Below, in pieces: positions 26,030 through 35,842 of a stretch of 64,000 nucleotides of DNA. A program made the translations under genes and the position numbers. Origin of the DNA: Anaerolineae bacterium. GTDB lineage: Bacteria; Chloroflexota; Anaerolineae; Aggregatilineales; Phototrophicaceae. The notes under the pieces were generated by a model. It did not search any database. It was not told the DNA's origin and was given only the letters and a program-made list of their open reading frames with translations. Each line of letters begins with the position of its first letter. The stretch's first letter is position 1. The DNA lies in the NCBI GenBank assembly GCA_022841825.1, contig JALHQT010000006.1:371378-435377 (forward strand), given 5' to 3'.

Positions 26030-26084
26030 TTGACCATTCTCATTATTGAGAATAGAATGATCCTATCATTCTCAATATTGAGAA
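26030..26084. promoter_or_regulatory. Promoter/operator cluster: TTGACC -35 plus three overlapping palindromes upstream of the ArsR-like regulator
   Basis: ttgacc lies at 26030-26035. The palindromes are attctca-ttat-tgagaat (26036-26053), agaatgat-cct-atcattct (26054-26072) and attctca-atat-tgagaa (26068-26084). This is an AT-rich patch in GC-rich DNA, 10 nt upstream of the ATG at 26094. Confidence 0.6.
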
Positions 26085-26093
26085 CGGCTCATC

Positions 26094-26636
26094 ATGGCAA
26101 GCGAACGTGCAAATCTCATTCTGCATCCCATCCGACTGCGCATCCTCGGCGAGCTTGCCGGGCGCGCCTTGACGACGGCGCAGCTTGGGCAGCTCCTGCC
26201 CGACCTGCCGCAGGCAACTCTTTACCGACACGTCAAGACGCTGCTGGATAATGGTCTCATCGCCGTCCATGCCGAAACGCGCATCAACGGTGCAACCGAA
26301 CGCACCTACTCACTTGCCCGCCAGGACTTGCGCCTAGAACCCGAAGATCTGCGCAGCATGACGCACGAAGATCATCGCCAGGCATTTGGGGTCTACACTG
26401 CCACGCTGCATCAGACTTTCGAGCGATTCGTCTCCAACGTACCTCAGGAACAGCTTGGGAGCGGCAAGCTGCGCTACAACTGGGGTGCTGTGTACATGAC
26501 CGACGAAGAATTCGCCGCATTCTCAACACGCTTTGCCGAACTGACCCACGAACTGTTCACACAGACCCCCGCGCCAGGACGCAAACGCTATGTCCTGGCA
26601 TCGGTCGTCATTCCCGAAGAGGAGAAGGAACTATGA
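26094..26636 (+). CDS. ArsR/SmtB-like winged-helix transcriptional regulator
   Basis: 180 aa. HPIRLRILGELAGRALTTAQLGQLLPDLPQATLYRHVKTLLDNGLI. Confidence 0.7.
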   Translation: MASERANLILHPIRLRILGELAGRALTTAQLGQLLPDLPQATLYRHVKTLLDNGLIAVHAETRINGATERTYSLARQDLRLEPEDLRSMTHEDHRQAFGVYTATLHQTFERFVSNVPQEQLGSGKLRYNWGAVYMTDEEFAAFSTRFAELTHELFTQTPAPGRKRYVLASVVIPEEEKEL

Positions 26637-27418
26637 CACTCAGCTTAGAAAGCTATGGCGATCCCACCAAAGACACGATTGTCTTCCTGCACGGTCTCGG
26701 CGTCAGCAGTTGGATGTGGGCACCGCAGATCGAGGCGCTCAAATCCGACTTTCACTGCATCACTATTGATATGCCAGGCAACGGCGAAAGCTACCAGGTC
26801 GCGTGGAACTCATTCGCAGATACGGGTGCTCACGTCGTAGCCATCATTCGTGAGCGCGCATCAGGCGGGCAAGCGCATCTCGTCGGTTTATCGTTGGGTG
26901 GCTATGTCGCGCTCGCCATCCTGCGCGATCACCCGGATGTCGTGAAATCGGTGCTCATTAGCGGCGTCAGCGCACGTCCATTGGAGAACCCCCTGCTGAT
27001 GAAGGCAATGATACGTATTCTGGGTCCACTGAATCGCTATGACTTCATGGTCAACCTCAACAGCAAGCTGATGAGTCTGCCGGACGACGCGCGCGAGCTG
27101 ATGCGACGCGACAGTAAACGCCTACCGACTGACGTGCTGATCCGCGCCTATGATGAGGTTCTTGCACACAAGGTGCCGAACGAACTGGCGAAGCGCAGCC
27201 AACCATTGCTGGCAGTCGCGGGCGATGCCGAAGTCAAGGCGATCCTGGAGACGTTGGCAGATTATCCAACACTGATGCCGAATGCGCGCGCCTATCGTGT
27301 TCCGAAAGCGCACCACGCCTGGAACGGCGAGCATCCGCAGTTGTTCACGGACATGATTAACGCCTGGGTGAGTGGAAAGCCGCTGCCTTCCGCATTGCAG
27401 CCTGTTGCGAATGCTTAA
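26633..27418 (+). CDS. Alpha/beta hydrolase
   Basis: 261 aa. ATGA overlap with the regulator gene. HGLGVSSWMW, nucleophile elbow VGLSLGG, C-terminal AHHAWNGEHP. Confidence 0.8.
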   Translation: MTLSLESYGDPTKDTIVFLHGLGVSSWMWAPQIEALKSDFHCITIDMPGNGESYQVAWNSFADTGAHVVAIIRERASGGQAHLVGLSLGGYVALAILRDHPDVVKSVLISGVSARPLENPLLMKAMIRILGPLNRYDFMVNLNSKLMSLPDDARELMRRDSKRLPTDVLIRAYDEVLAHKVPNELAKRSQPLLAVAGDAEVKAILETLADYPTLMPNARAYRVPKAHHAWNGEHPQLFTDMINAWVSGKPLPSALQPVANA

Positions 27419-27561
27419 GCGGAGAAGATGCTGCCGACGGCAAGCGTGAAGCCCGGCAGCACTTCGCCCCCGTCCAGCGTGTCATCCATGCCGCGCTCAA
27501 TCACATCGGCATCAGGCGTATAGACTTCGACCTGCCGCGTATCCGGGAAGACCAACCAGCG
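27415..27561 (-). pseudogene. 3'-terminal remnant (about 49 codons) of a Uma2/DUF820-family endonuclease gene
   Basis: My own translation of the reverse strand gives [48 protein letters not shown]. This matches the C-terminal pattern of Uma2 proteins (YW-V-P..R.VEVY ... LPGF.L.V..IF). The frame is closed by a TAG immediately upstream, there is no start codon, and hairpin repeat 27575-27636 abuts the break. Confidence 0.4.
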
Positions 27562-27574
27562 CTACGCCCTTTAC

Positions 27575-27636
27575 TTGGCGTCCTTCGCGGCTTGGCGGTT
27601 CAATCAAATCAACCGCCAAGCCGCGAAAGACGCCAG
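27575..27636. repeat. 26-bp-stem hairpin repeat (GGCG/TTCGCGG word family)
   Basis: ttggcgtccttcgcggcttggcggtt (27575-27600) pairs with aaccgccaagccgcgaaagacgccag (27611-27636), 24 of 26 positions complementary, with a 10-nt loop. Related elements lie at 36109-36152 and about 37352-37410. Confidence 0.65.
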
Positions 27637-27751
27637 ACATATGTGTTTCCGTAAAGCTTTTTTTCATCGGCACTCTGCACCCATTTATGCACGATATGGT
27701 ATAGTTGCGCGCGTTGGTACGCCATTCATGTGCATCGCAGGTGATCGTTAT

Positions 27752-29203
27752 ATGTCCGATTGGAAACCCATCATCGGCTTGGAAGTCCACGCCGAACTCC
27801 TGACGCAAAGCAAGATGTTCTCCAACTGCCCGGTCGTCGATAGCGTGACCGCCGCGCCCAACACGGCGGTCGATCCGGTCTCGCTGGGGCTGCCCGGCAC
27901 ACTGCCCGTCATCAATATGCAGGCGGTCGAATACGCGATGATGGTCGGCTTGGCGCTCGGCTGCGAAATCCCACCGATCAACCAGTTCGCCCGCAAGAGT
28001 TACTTCTATCCCGACCTACCCAAAGGCTACCAGATCAGTCAGTACGACCGACCGCTGTGCGTCAATGGCAAGGTCGAAATCGAACTGAGCGACGGCAGCA
28101 CCCAGGTCATCCGCGTCCGCCGCGCGCATCTCGAAGAAGACACTGGCAAGCTGACGCACATCGACGGCGAAAGCCTGGTCGATTACAACCGCGCGGGCGT
28201 GCCGCTGCTGGAGATCGTGACCGAGCCGGATCTCTTCAGCGCCGAAGCTGCCGAGGCATACGCACGCAAGCTGCGTACCATCCTTCAGTACCTCGGCGTC
28301 AACACGGGCGACATGAGCAAGGGTGTGCTGCGCGTCGAAGCGAACATCAGCGTCATGCACAAGGACGACACAGGCTACCGGACGCGCACCGAAGTCAAGA
28401 ACCTCAACAGCATTCGCAGCATGTACCGCGCTATCGAGTACGAAGTCGCGCGCCAGATCAAAGCGTGGGAAAACGGCGAGGGCGTGCGCCAGGCGACGAT
28501 GGGCTGGGACGAAAACAAGCAGCGCACCGTCGTCCAGCGCTACAAAGAGAGCGCCGACGAGTACCGTTACTTCCCGGAACCCGACCTGCCGATCATCGAA
28601 GTGAGCCGCGAGTGGGTTGAGCAGGTGCGCGCCACACTGCCAGAGCTGCCCGACGCCAAGCGCGACCGCTTCCAGCGCGAACTGGGCTTGAGCCATTACG
28701 ACGCCAGCGTCATCACCGCCGAGCAGGAAGTCGCGCACTATTACGAGGATGCGCTGGCGGCGGGCGCGAACGCCAAGACGACCGCCAACACCCTGATCGG
28801 CACACTGTTCGCGCTCTGCAACCGTGACAGCATCGAGCGTGAGGCGATTTCGTCCAAGGTGAGCGCGCGGGAGTTCGCGTCACTGGTCAAGCTGGTCGAT
28901 GGCGGCACGATCAACAAGCAAACCGGGACGGCTGTCCTGACCGAGATGTGGGAGACGGGCGCAACCGCCGAGGGCATCGTCAAAGACAAGGGGCTAGCGC
29001 AGGTCAGCGACACGGGGGTGCTGGAAGAAAGCATCAACGGCGCAATGGCGGCGAATCAGGAGCTTGTCAACCGCTACGCGGCAGGCGAGGACAAACTGCT
29101 CGGCGTGATCATGGGCAAGGTGATGGCGGAACTGAAAGGGCGCGGCAACCCACAGCTCGTCAAGCAGCTTCTGACGGATAAGCTGAACGCGCTGCGGGGG
29201 TAG
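27752..29203 (+). CDS. gatB: Asp-tRNA(Asn)/Glu-tRNA(Gln) amidotransferase subunit B
   Basis: Starts at the internal ATG 27752 ([26 protein letters not shown]). [11 protein letters not shown] and the C-terminal YqeY-like tail are present. The 59 codons upstream in the track ORF run through the hairpin repeat. Confidence 0.92.
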   Translation: MSDWKPIIGLEVHAELLTQSKMFSNCPVVDSVTAAPNTAVDPVSLGLPGTLPVINMQAVEYAMMVGLALGCEIPPINQFARKSYFYPDLPKGYQISQYDRPLCVNGKVEIELSDGSTQVIRVRRAHLEEDTGKLTHIDGESLVDYNRAGVPLLEIVTEPDLFSAEAAEAYARKLRTILQYLGVNTGDMSKGVLRVEANISVMHKDDTGYRTRTEVKNLNSIRSMYRAIEYEVARQIKAWENGEGVRQATMGWDENKQRTVVQRYKESADEYRYFPEPDLPIIEVSREWVEQVRATLPELPDAKRDRFQRELGLSHYDASVITAEQEVAHYYEDALAAGANAKTTANTLIGTLFALCNRDSIEREAISSKVSAREFASLVKLVDGGTINKQTGTAVLTEMWETGATAEGIVKDKGLAQVSDTGVLEESINGAMAANQELVNRYAAGEDKLLGVIMGKVMAELKGRGNPQLVKQLLTDKLNALRG

Positions 29204-29214
29204 ACACGGGGGTC

Positions 29215-30795
29215 CTATGTGCCACGCGCGGCACATGCCCCGGTTGCCCCAGGAACATAGATCGAGAGATGGTTCGAATATCCCGCCGACAACCTTTGCT
29301 CATCCTCGAAATCCAGTACATACCCTGCGGACTCCAAGACGGGGATCAGCAGGGTAGTGGTCTGTGGGGTATAGAAGTCGTCGAGAATCACCGCGTCCAG
29401 CGCACAATCCTGAACCGCCATCAGCATCCCTTCTTCTCCCCAAACGCCGTTGTAATCAAAGCCCCAGGTGTCACGCCACCCATTCGGATCGGGCTGATCG
29501 GGAAACAGATAAGTCTCGTAAACGGTGGCAGCAGACGCCAGGACAAAAGCCTCAGGTCGAAGCTGCAAATAACGCTCCAGGTGGTTGATCACGGGCGCGG
29601 CGTTGAGCCAGCTTGAACGGAAGGTACGGTTGCTGACCCAAGCGCTGCCCACGAGCAAAAGACCGCCTGCAACCAGCACCGACGCGATTGTCCCCCACCG
29701 GATCAGATTGCCGCGCTCCAGCGCCTCCCACAGGCTCCTCAACAGGCGAGACAGCGCTAACCCAGCGACTGGCGCAAGAAACACCAGCGTGAACACCTCA
29801 TGCTTCCAGAGTGCGCGTCCATTGCTCGTCAGAATGTGATAGACCGGCAGCACGAAGATGCTCAAAGCGAGCAGCAGCACCAACGCAGCAGGCACGAGGC
29901 GCTGTGGCGGCTGCCCAGGCTTACGCGACAACAGCACCAGACCGACCAGCGCCAGCAGACTGCTCAAGCCGAGGTTCAACAAGAGCGCCTGCGCGATCTG
30001 TTCGGGCGGCATGAACTGGCTGGAGTACTGCCCGGTGAATACCTGCTGAATGGCTGGCATGTTCATAGAGAAATAGGGGACAAGCACGAGCACGGCAGCG
30101 CCGACCCCCAGCATCCATCCGGGGCGGCTGAAGACATCGAGTCTTCCGCTGGCGCGCAGACGCCCCACCACTGCATAGGCGGCTAAGGCGGGCAGCATGG
30201 CGACCGCGATATATTTGGCGAGAACTGCCAGAGCGAAGCAGACGCCCGCCAGAACGAAAAAACGCGCAGCATGCTGCGCACGATGGGCAGCGACCAGCGT
30301 GTAATAGAGCGAAGCGGCGAGCAGCGCGACCGCAAGAACGTCGTACACGGCGTGCTGTCCCAGATTGATGCTGGAACCGCTGAAAAGGAACAGGAATACA
30401 CCGCCCAGACCGGCAGTTTCGCCGAACAGACGACGAGCGGACAGACAGACATAAATCGCCGCAATGAGCGACAACACGACACTGAGAGCACGCATCCCCA
30501 CCACGCCGCCTGCATCCATGGCAAAAGCGGCGATGGCAGGGTAGAAGAACGACCCAAACATGTAACTGAGCGCATTGCTGGGGTCTCTGCCCACCAGGAA
30601 TGCCTCGCCCACACGCGCGTAAACCGATTCATCCACGAACAAGGTGTTGTAATCGAGCCAGCCAGCGCGCCACAGAAATCCCAGCCCCAGCAAGATCAGA
30701 GTGGCGGCATCAAGGACGCGCAGCCGCAGCGTGATTTCCACCGGTCGCCCCTGGCGCAGCGCTTCTCGCACCTCGTCCAGCAGCATCATCGGCAC
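29215..30795 (-). CDS. GT-C fold membrane glycosyltransferase (GT39/ArnT-like)
   Basis: 526 aa with at least 10 predicted TM helices. The first loop reads NTLFVDESVYARVGEAF (the DE motif after TM1). A soluble C-terminal domain follows. Confidence 0.7.
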   Translation of the reverse strand: MPMMLLDEVREALRQGRPVEITLRLRVLDAATLILLGLGFLWRAGWLDYNTLFVDESVYARVGEAFLVGRDPSNALSYMFGSFFYPAIAAFAMDAGGVVGMRALSVVLSLIAAIYVCLSARRLFGETAGLGGVFLFLFSGSSINLGQHAVYDVLAVALLAASLYYTLVAAHRAQHAARFFVLAGVCFALAVLAKYIAVAMLPALAAYAVVGRLRASGRLDVFSRPGWMLGVGAAVLVLVPYFSMNMPAIQQVFTGQYSSQFMPPEQIAQALLLNLGLSSLLALVGLVLLSRKPGQPPQRLVPAALVLLLALSIFVLPVYHILTSNGRALWKHEVFTLVFLAPVAGLALSRLLRSLWEALERGNLIRWGTIASVLVAGGLLLVGSAWVSNRTFRSSWLNAAPVINHLERYLQLRPEAFVLASAATVYETYLFPDQPDPNGWRDTWGFDYNGVWGEEGMLMAVQDCALDAVILDDFYTPQTTTLLIPVLESAGYVLDFEDEQRLSAGYSNHLSIYVPGATGACAARGT

Positions 30796-30807
30796 ACGCG
30801 CTTCATC

Positions 30808-31890
30808 CTATGCGCCAAGCAGCACCGGATCACGGTCACGGTATTCGCGGTACGCCTTAATCCAGTCCTTGTCGCATTCGGCGATGAACTGCTCCGCCAT
30901 CTCGACCGGCGCGCGATTGCCGATGAATACGGGTACGCGCTGATGCAGTTGGTGTGGTTGAATATCCAGAATATCGCCCAAGCCATCCGACGCGTAACCC
31001 CCCGCCTGCTGCGCGATGAATGCGAGCGCCTGCGCCTCGAACAACAGACGAAGTTTGCCGTAAGGTTTGTCAGGCACCTTCATGTCGCCGGGATAAAAGA
31101 AGACACCGCCTTCGATCAGGTTGCGATGAAAGTCGGCGATCATCGAGCCAATGTAACGCTGTGAAAGCGGCGTATGTCCCTCGCCATCAATGCCTTGCAG
31201 CCACTTGCAGAAGCGCCGCACCCCAGCCGTCCAGTACTTTTCGTAGCCCTGGTTTGCGCTGTAATAGAGGGGCGGTTCTGGGATGCGAATGTTGGGGTGA
31301 GTGAGGATGAATTCGCCAATACTGGCATCGAGCGTGAATCCGTGAACGCCCTGCCCGGTCGTGTAGATCATCATCGTGCTCGGACCGTAGAACATATAGC
31401 CCGCCGCGACCAGGCTGCGTCCTTTTTGCAGCACATCGGTTAGCGTACCGCGCTCGCCATGCGTGATCTTGCGATGGATGGCGAAGATCGTGCCGACGGC
31501 GACATTCACGTCGATGTTGGACGAGCCGTCGAGCGGATCGTAGAGCAGCACATACTTGCCAGTGCCGAATGAGGTCGGAATATCGATCAGGTCTTCGTGT
31601 TCTTCGGATGCCATCGCGCACAGGCGCTCGGTGTGGTCATTCATCTTGAAGATGATGTCATCGGCGAAAACATCGAGCTTCTTCTGCGTTTCGCCATAGC
31701 TGTTGATGCTTTCGGTTGCCCCCAGGATGTTCACCAGTCCCGCGCGCGTCGTCGCGTCGGCGATGATCTTGCCCGCCAGCGCCATATCATAGAGCAGGCG
31801 TGTCAGTTCACCCGTCGCGCCGGGGTGCTTACGCTCCTGGTCGAGGATATGGCGTTCTATCGTATAGAGGGTTTTGGGCATCGGCAGCAT
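30808..31890 (-). CDS. fbp: Fructose-1,6-bisphosphatase class 1
   Basis: The ATG at 31890 is preceded by GGAGA. Motifs: [39 protein letters not shown]. Confidence 0.9.
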   Translation of the reverse strand: MLPMPKTLYTIERHILDQERKHPGATGELTRLLYDMALAGKIIADATTRAGLVNILGATESINSYGETQKKLDVFADDIIFKMNDHTERLCAMASEEHEDLIDIPTSFGTGKYVLLYDPLDGSSNIDVNVAVGTIFAIHRKITHGERGTLTDVLQKGRSLVAAGYMFYGPSTMMIYTTGQGVHGFTLDASIGEFILTHPNIRIPEPPLYYSANQGYEKYWTAGVRRFCKWLQGIDGEGHTPLSQRYIGSMIADFHRNLIEGGVFFYPGDMKVPDKPYGKLRLLFEAQALAFIAQQAGGYASDGLGDILDIQPHQLHQRVPVFIGNRAPVEMAEQFIAECDKDWIKAYREYRDRDPVLLGA

Positions 31891-31970
31891 GGCAGCGTCT
31901 CCAAGGAACAAAGCAACGTTTGTTTTAGGTTACCCAGACCGCCATACAACATGCTAAAGGATCACGTAAT

Positions 31971-32001
31971 GTGAGGGGCGACCCACGAATCGCCCGCTCA
32001 C
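31971..32001. repeat. REP-like palindromic element (GGGGCG family) between the NTPase gene stop and the fbp start
   Basis: gtgaggggcgacccacgaatcgcccgctcac: about 11 bp of stem with one bulged base. Confidence 0.6.
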
Positions 32002-32015
32002 GGTTCAAGGGCTCC

Positions 32016-34742
32016 CTACGCCGGCACTGCATTCAGTGCGGGCAGCAGCAGCGTCTGCCCGTTCACGTTGCCGTACCAGAAAGGCAGCCAGCCAATGCCG
32101 AACAGATCGACCGAAATATCCTTCTTGTAGGGCTGAATGGTGAACTCTTCGACCTGCGTCGCCACCTTCGCCCAGCGCTCATTCACCTCTCGGACGACAC
32201 CCTGGAACTCCTCTTGCAGCGACGCAGCCTCCTGCTCCAGGTCCGCCAGCATCTGCTCAAACTCATCGATGTCCGACTTGGACTGCTTACGATACAGCGA
32301 CGCGCGGCTCATGCGCGACAGGGTGTACGCCGTCCGGCGGTTGAGCAAACTCAGGATCGCTTCGCCCGTCGTGAAGAGTTCCTCGCGCTTGCGTTCCGCC
32401 AGCTCCTGCTTTTCGGCATCCAGGCGGCGCGTCTTGGCGCGCATCTTCTCTTCCAGCTTGTCTAGCGCCGACTGGTACTTGCCCGTCACCTGATCCACTT
32501 CGGCATCGCGGCGTTCGCGTGCCGCCTGCTGCGCTGCCGCGCGGAACATGCTGAAGTCCTGGTCGGGGTTGCCATAGACATCCAGCGTCGAGTTAAACGG
32601 GATCTTGAGCGCTGCGGTCGCGTACAACACATCGGCAAGCTCACGCTTGAGCGCTGCCAGCCGCTGCTGGTCGGTCAAACCTGGCGACAAATCCGCATAT
32701 AAGCCTTGCTCTAACGGGGCACCGGATACCCGACGCGGATCGACCGGCGCAGCCTGATGCTGCTCCCAATGCACCAGCCCCGACCGCTCCAGCCCCGGCA
32801 CCTGATACGCCATCACGCGCGAGGTGTAGATGCGGCGCTTGGCATCCTGATAACGCACCGTCGCCTGTGCCAGCAGCACAGGCTTGTAGGCAGTCTGCAA
32901 TCCGCCATAACCCTGCGCGGTGAAGTTCGTCCGCTGCTCCCACGCCCCCAACGCCTGCTGCGATGAAATCTCGGCGGGCAGATAGTACTGCGAAACCGCG
33001 CCAGAAAGCGGCGGTGGGTTTGCCGAGTAGCCGGATGGCGCGTTGGTGCTGCGCATCGTCATGTTGGTCGAACCGGACGGAACCGGCGGCGGGGTCGCGG
33101 AGGCGGAGACAGTCGCCCCATATGCGGCATAAGCGGCATCGGGATAGGCGGTCTGCGTCGGGAACTCCGGCAGATGCGGCGGCATTTCCGGCAGCGTCAT
33201 CGGCGGCAGGGATGGATCATGCGCCGGCATCTTTGGATTATGGAGCGGCGCGCTGCCCGTCTGCACATAGGCATAACTCGGCGTCGACGACACGTAGGCA
33301 CCGGACGATGCCAGAAGTTGTGCCCGCTGCTCCGCCATCAGCACCTGCACCTGCTGCCGCGTCAAGGGACCACGCAGGTAGCTCATCGCCCAGCGCGTAT
33401 GCACGAAGACGGGTCCGCCCTGGTCGTGGATATTGTGCATGAGGAAGACTCGCGGCTCGATGTCCGAGATCAGGGTTCGCACATCACGCAGACTCAGGTC
33501 ATCGCTGACGGTCGCGAGCGACTGCAACCCCGACGCCACGCGCTCTTTGTCCTGGTCGGACTGTAAGCGCCCGATGAACCATGTCCCCGCGTTGCTCAAC
33601 CCCTTGTAATCCAGATCTGCCGGATTCTGCGTCGCCAGGATCAAGCCAATGCCGAAAGCGCGCGCCTGCTTGAGTAAGCGAAGGATCGGTTCTTTCGTCG
33701 GTGGGTTGCGCGGGTAGGGTGGAAAGTAGCCGAACATCTCGTCGATGTACAGCAGGCAGCGCAGGCTGGTCGTGCCGCTCAAGCCGCGCATCCACCCATG
33801 CATCGTCTCCAGCAGCAGCGTGATGACAAACTGACGCTCTGCCTCGCTCAGATGCGCGGTATAAAAAATCGACACGCGCGCTTTGCCGTCGGGCTGGTAG
33901 AGCAGGTTCTGGATGTCCAACGGGTCGCCGTTGATCCACGACTGGAAAGACGGCGCGGCGACGATGCTGTTCATCTCCATCGCCAGCTTCAGGCGCGCCT
34001 TTTCCGAGATGTACTCGTCCAGCGGAAAGACGCCGAGCTTGTGGAAGGGCGGCTTCTGCACCTGGAGGATGATGTCCTCCAGCGTCAGATCCTGCCCGCT
34101 GCGCCACGCCGCCTCGAAGATGTTGGCGATCAACACATGCTCGCGATCCTGCACAGGCTGCGCGTCGCGCCCGACCAACGCCAGCAGCGCGGTTGTGACG
34201 CCGTTGATCTTCTCACGCAGCCCCTCTTCATTGCCCGGCTGCCAGCCTTCGCGCGGGGCGCGCAGCGACGCCAGGATGCTCACAGGCAATCCCGCGTCCG
34301 AGCCGGGGGTATAAATGCTGTAGCGCGCGGCGTACTTCAGCCAGGCGACGCGCTCCGGCACCATGCCCCAACTCGCCAGACCTTCCTTCCAGCGATGGGC
34401 GGTGTCGGCGGCGTAGTCCTCCACGCTCATCTTGGCGCGGCGGGCGTCATCGACATTCACCCAGGGGACGAAATCTTCCGCGCGGAAGTCGGGGAAGGTC
34501 AGCATCAGATTGGTGATGTCGCCCTTCGGGTCGATCACTATCGACGGGATGTTATCCAACACGGCTTCTTCGAGCAGGCTGATGCACAAGCCTGTCTTGC
34601 CGCTGCCCGTCATGCCGACGACGACGGCGTGCGTCGTCAGATCGCGCGAGTCGTAGTAGACGACTTCATCCGTCAGCTTGTGTTCGGCGGGGTCGTAACG
34701 CCGACCCATATAGAATGTCGTGGGCGCTTCGATAAACGGCAT
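32016..34742 (-). CDS. YjgR/DUF853-type HerA-like P-loop NTPase with a ~450-aa C-terminal extension (Pro-rich linker, beta-rich region, coiled coil)
   Basis: 908 aa. Walker A VVVGMTGSGKTGLCISLLEE...IVIDPKGDITNL, Walker B CLLYIDEMFGYF, then GIGLILATQNPADLDYKGLSNAGTWFIGRLQSDQDKERV. The C-terminal half is low-complexity (PPHLPEFPTQTAYPDAAYAAYG...) followed by the coiled coil RERRDAEVDQVTGKYQSALDKLEEKMRAKTRRLDAEKQELAERKREE. Confidence 0.8.
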   Translation of the reverse strand: MPFIEAPTTFYMGRRYDPAEHKLTDEVVYYDSRDLTTHAVVVGMTGSGKTGLCISLLEEAVLDNIPSIVIDPKGDITNLMLTFPDFRAEDFVPWVNVDDARRAKMSVEDYAADTAHRWKEGLASWGMVPERVAWLKYAARYSIYTPGSDAGLPVSILASLRAPREGWQPGNEEGLREKINGVTTALLALVGRDAQPVQDREHVLIANIFEAAWRSGQDLTLEDIILQVQKPPFHKLGVFPLDEYISEKARLKLAMEMNSIVAAPSFQSWINGDPLDIQNLLYQPDGKARVSIFYTAHLSEAERQFVITLLLETMHGWMRGLSGTTSLRCLLYIDEMFGYFPPYPRNPPTKEPILRLLKQARAFGIGLILATQNPADLDYKGLSNAGTWFIGRLQSDQDKERVASGLQSLATVSDDLSLRDVRTLISDIEPRVFLMHNIHDQGGPVFVHTRWAMSYLRGPLTRQQVQVLMAEQRAQLLASSGAYVSSTPSYAYVQTGSAPLHNPKMPAHDPSLPPMTLPEMPPHLPEFPTQTAYPDAAYAAYGATVSASATPPPVPSGSTNMTMRSTNAPSGYSANPPPLSGAVSQYYLPAEISSQQALGAWEQRTNFTAQGYGGLQTAYKPVLLAQATVRYQDAKRRIYTSRVMAYQVPGLERSGLVHWEQHQAAPVDPRRVSGAPLEQGLYADLSPGLTDQQRLAALKRELADVLYATAALKIPFNSTLDVYGNPDQDFSMFRAAAQQAARERRDAEVDQVTGKYQSALDKLEEKMRAKTRRLDAEKQELAERKREELFTTGEAILSLLNRRTAYTLSRMSRASLYRKQSKSDIDEFEQMLADLEQEAASLQEEFQGVVREVNERWAKVATQVEEFTIQPYKKDISVDLFGIGWLPFWYGNVNGQTLLLPALNAVPA

Positions 34743-34758
34743 GGCAATTCTCCATGAT

Positions 34759-34795
34759 CAGTGCTGAGAACTGGGTACTGAGTGCTGAGACTGAA
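34759..34795. repeat. Heptamer tandem array (AGTGCTG / AGNACTG word)
   Basis: c agtgctg agaactg ggtactg agtgctg agactga. It lies in the divergent spacer between the NTPase gene and the sugar kinase gene. Confidence 0.5.
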
Positions 34796-34903
34796 ATCCT
34801 AGTATAGCACAAATGCTCTAAAACCAACTGTAATCTGGCAGATTCTCCACATGAACGGTTACATTATGCCGCGAAATCATCTTCTGCGGAAAAGGACTCT
34901 TGC

Positions 34904-35839
34904 ATGTCGGTCGTAAGCATGGGCGAACTCCTGATCGATTTTGTCGCGCTGGAAAGCGGTGTCACCGTCGGCGAGGCGAGCGGCTTCATCAAAGCGCCGG
35001 GCGGCGCGCCCGCCAATGTCGCGGTCGCCGTCGCGCGGCTGGGCGTGCCTTCGTCCTTCCTGGGGCAGGTCGGCGATGACCCGTTCGGGCATCATCTGGC
35101 GGAGGTGCTGCGGCATGACAACATCGACGTGAGCGGGCTGCGCTTTTCGGCGGAGGCGCGCACCATGCTGGCGTTCGTCTCGCTGCGTGCCGATGGCGAG
35201 CGCAGCTTCAGCTTCTACCGCAACCCCAGCGCCGACATGCTCATGCGACCGGAAGATGTCGCCTATGACGTGATCGACCGCGCGAAGATCTTCCATTATG
35301 GTTCGATCACGCTGATCGACGAGCCGTGCCGCTCCGCCCTGCTCGCCGCCCTGCGCCATGCACGAGACAAAGGGCTGATGATCTCCTACGATCCCAACCT
35401 GCGGCTGTCGCTGTGGCGCAGCGCCGAGGACGCCAAAGCGGGGATGCTCGAAGGCTTGGAGTTCGCCACGATCCTGAAGGTGAGCGAAGAAGAGCTGGAA
35501 TTCCTGACGGGCGGGCAGGACGTGACCCCGCTCTGGCGCGACGCCCTCAGGCTGATCGTCGTCACGCGCGGGTCGGGTGGCTCGTCGGCGTACACGCGCA
35601 CGCACTCGGTCGATGTGCCGGGCTACAGCGTCACGGCGGTGGATACGACGGGCGCGGGCGATGGCTTCGTCGCCGGGCTGCTGGCGGGCATCCTCGAACA
35701 GGGCATTGACGACCCGCCGCTGGAGCAAATGCTGCGCTTCGCCAACGCCGTCGGCGCGATTGCCACGCTGCAAAAAGGGGCGATTCCCGCGCTGCCGACG
35801 CGCGCGGCAGTCGAGACGTTTATGAAGGCACAAGGATAG
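34904..35839 (+). CDS. PfkB-family carbohydrate kinase (fructokinase-like)
   Basis: 311 aa. GGAPANVAVAVARLG, and a C-terminal DTTGAGDGFVAGLL anion hole/catalytic Asp motif. Confidence 0.88.
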   Translation: MSVVSMGELLIDFVALESGVTVGEASGFIKAPGGAPANVAVAVARLGVPSSFLGQVGDDPFGHHLAEVLRHDNIDVSGLRFSAEARTMLAFVSLRADGERSFSFYRNPSADMLMRPEDVAYDVIDRAKIFHYGSITLIDEPCRSALLAALRHARDKGLMISYDPNLRLSLWRSAEDAKAGMLEGLEFATILKVSEEELEFLTGGQDVTPLWRDALRLIVVTRGSGGSSAYTRTHSVDVPGYSVTAVDTTGAGDGFVAGLLAGILEQGIDDPPLEQMLRFANAVGAIATLQKGAIPALPTRAAVETFMKAQG

Positions 35840-35842
35840 ATT

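Noticed and set aside
27575-27751. 59-codon N-terminal extension of the gatB ORF; similar extensions at 40791-40937 (tsaE), 43659-43745 (PHP), 44678-44806 (PatB-like), 49211-49291 and 19201-19344
   Set aside because: The extensions are translated from hairpin or heptamer repeat DNA or promoter regions. Conserved N-termini (for example [13 protein letters not shown] for GatB) and Shine-Dalgarno sequences mark internal starts.
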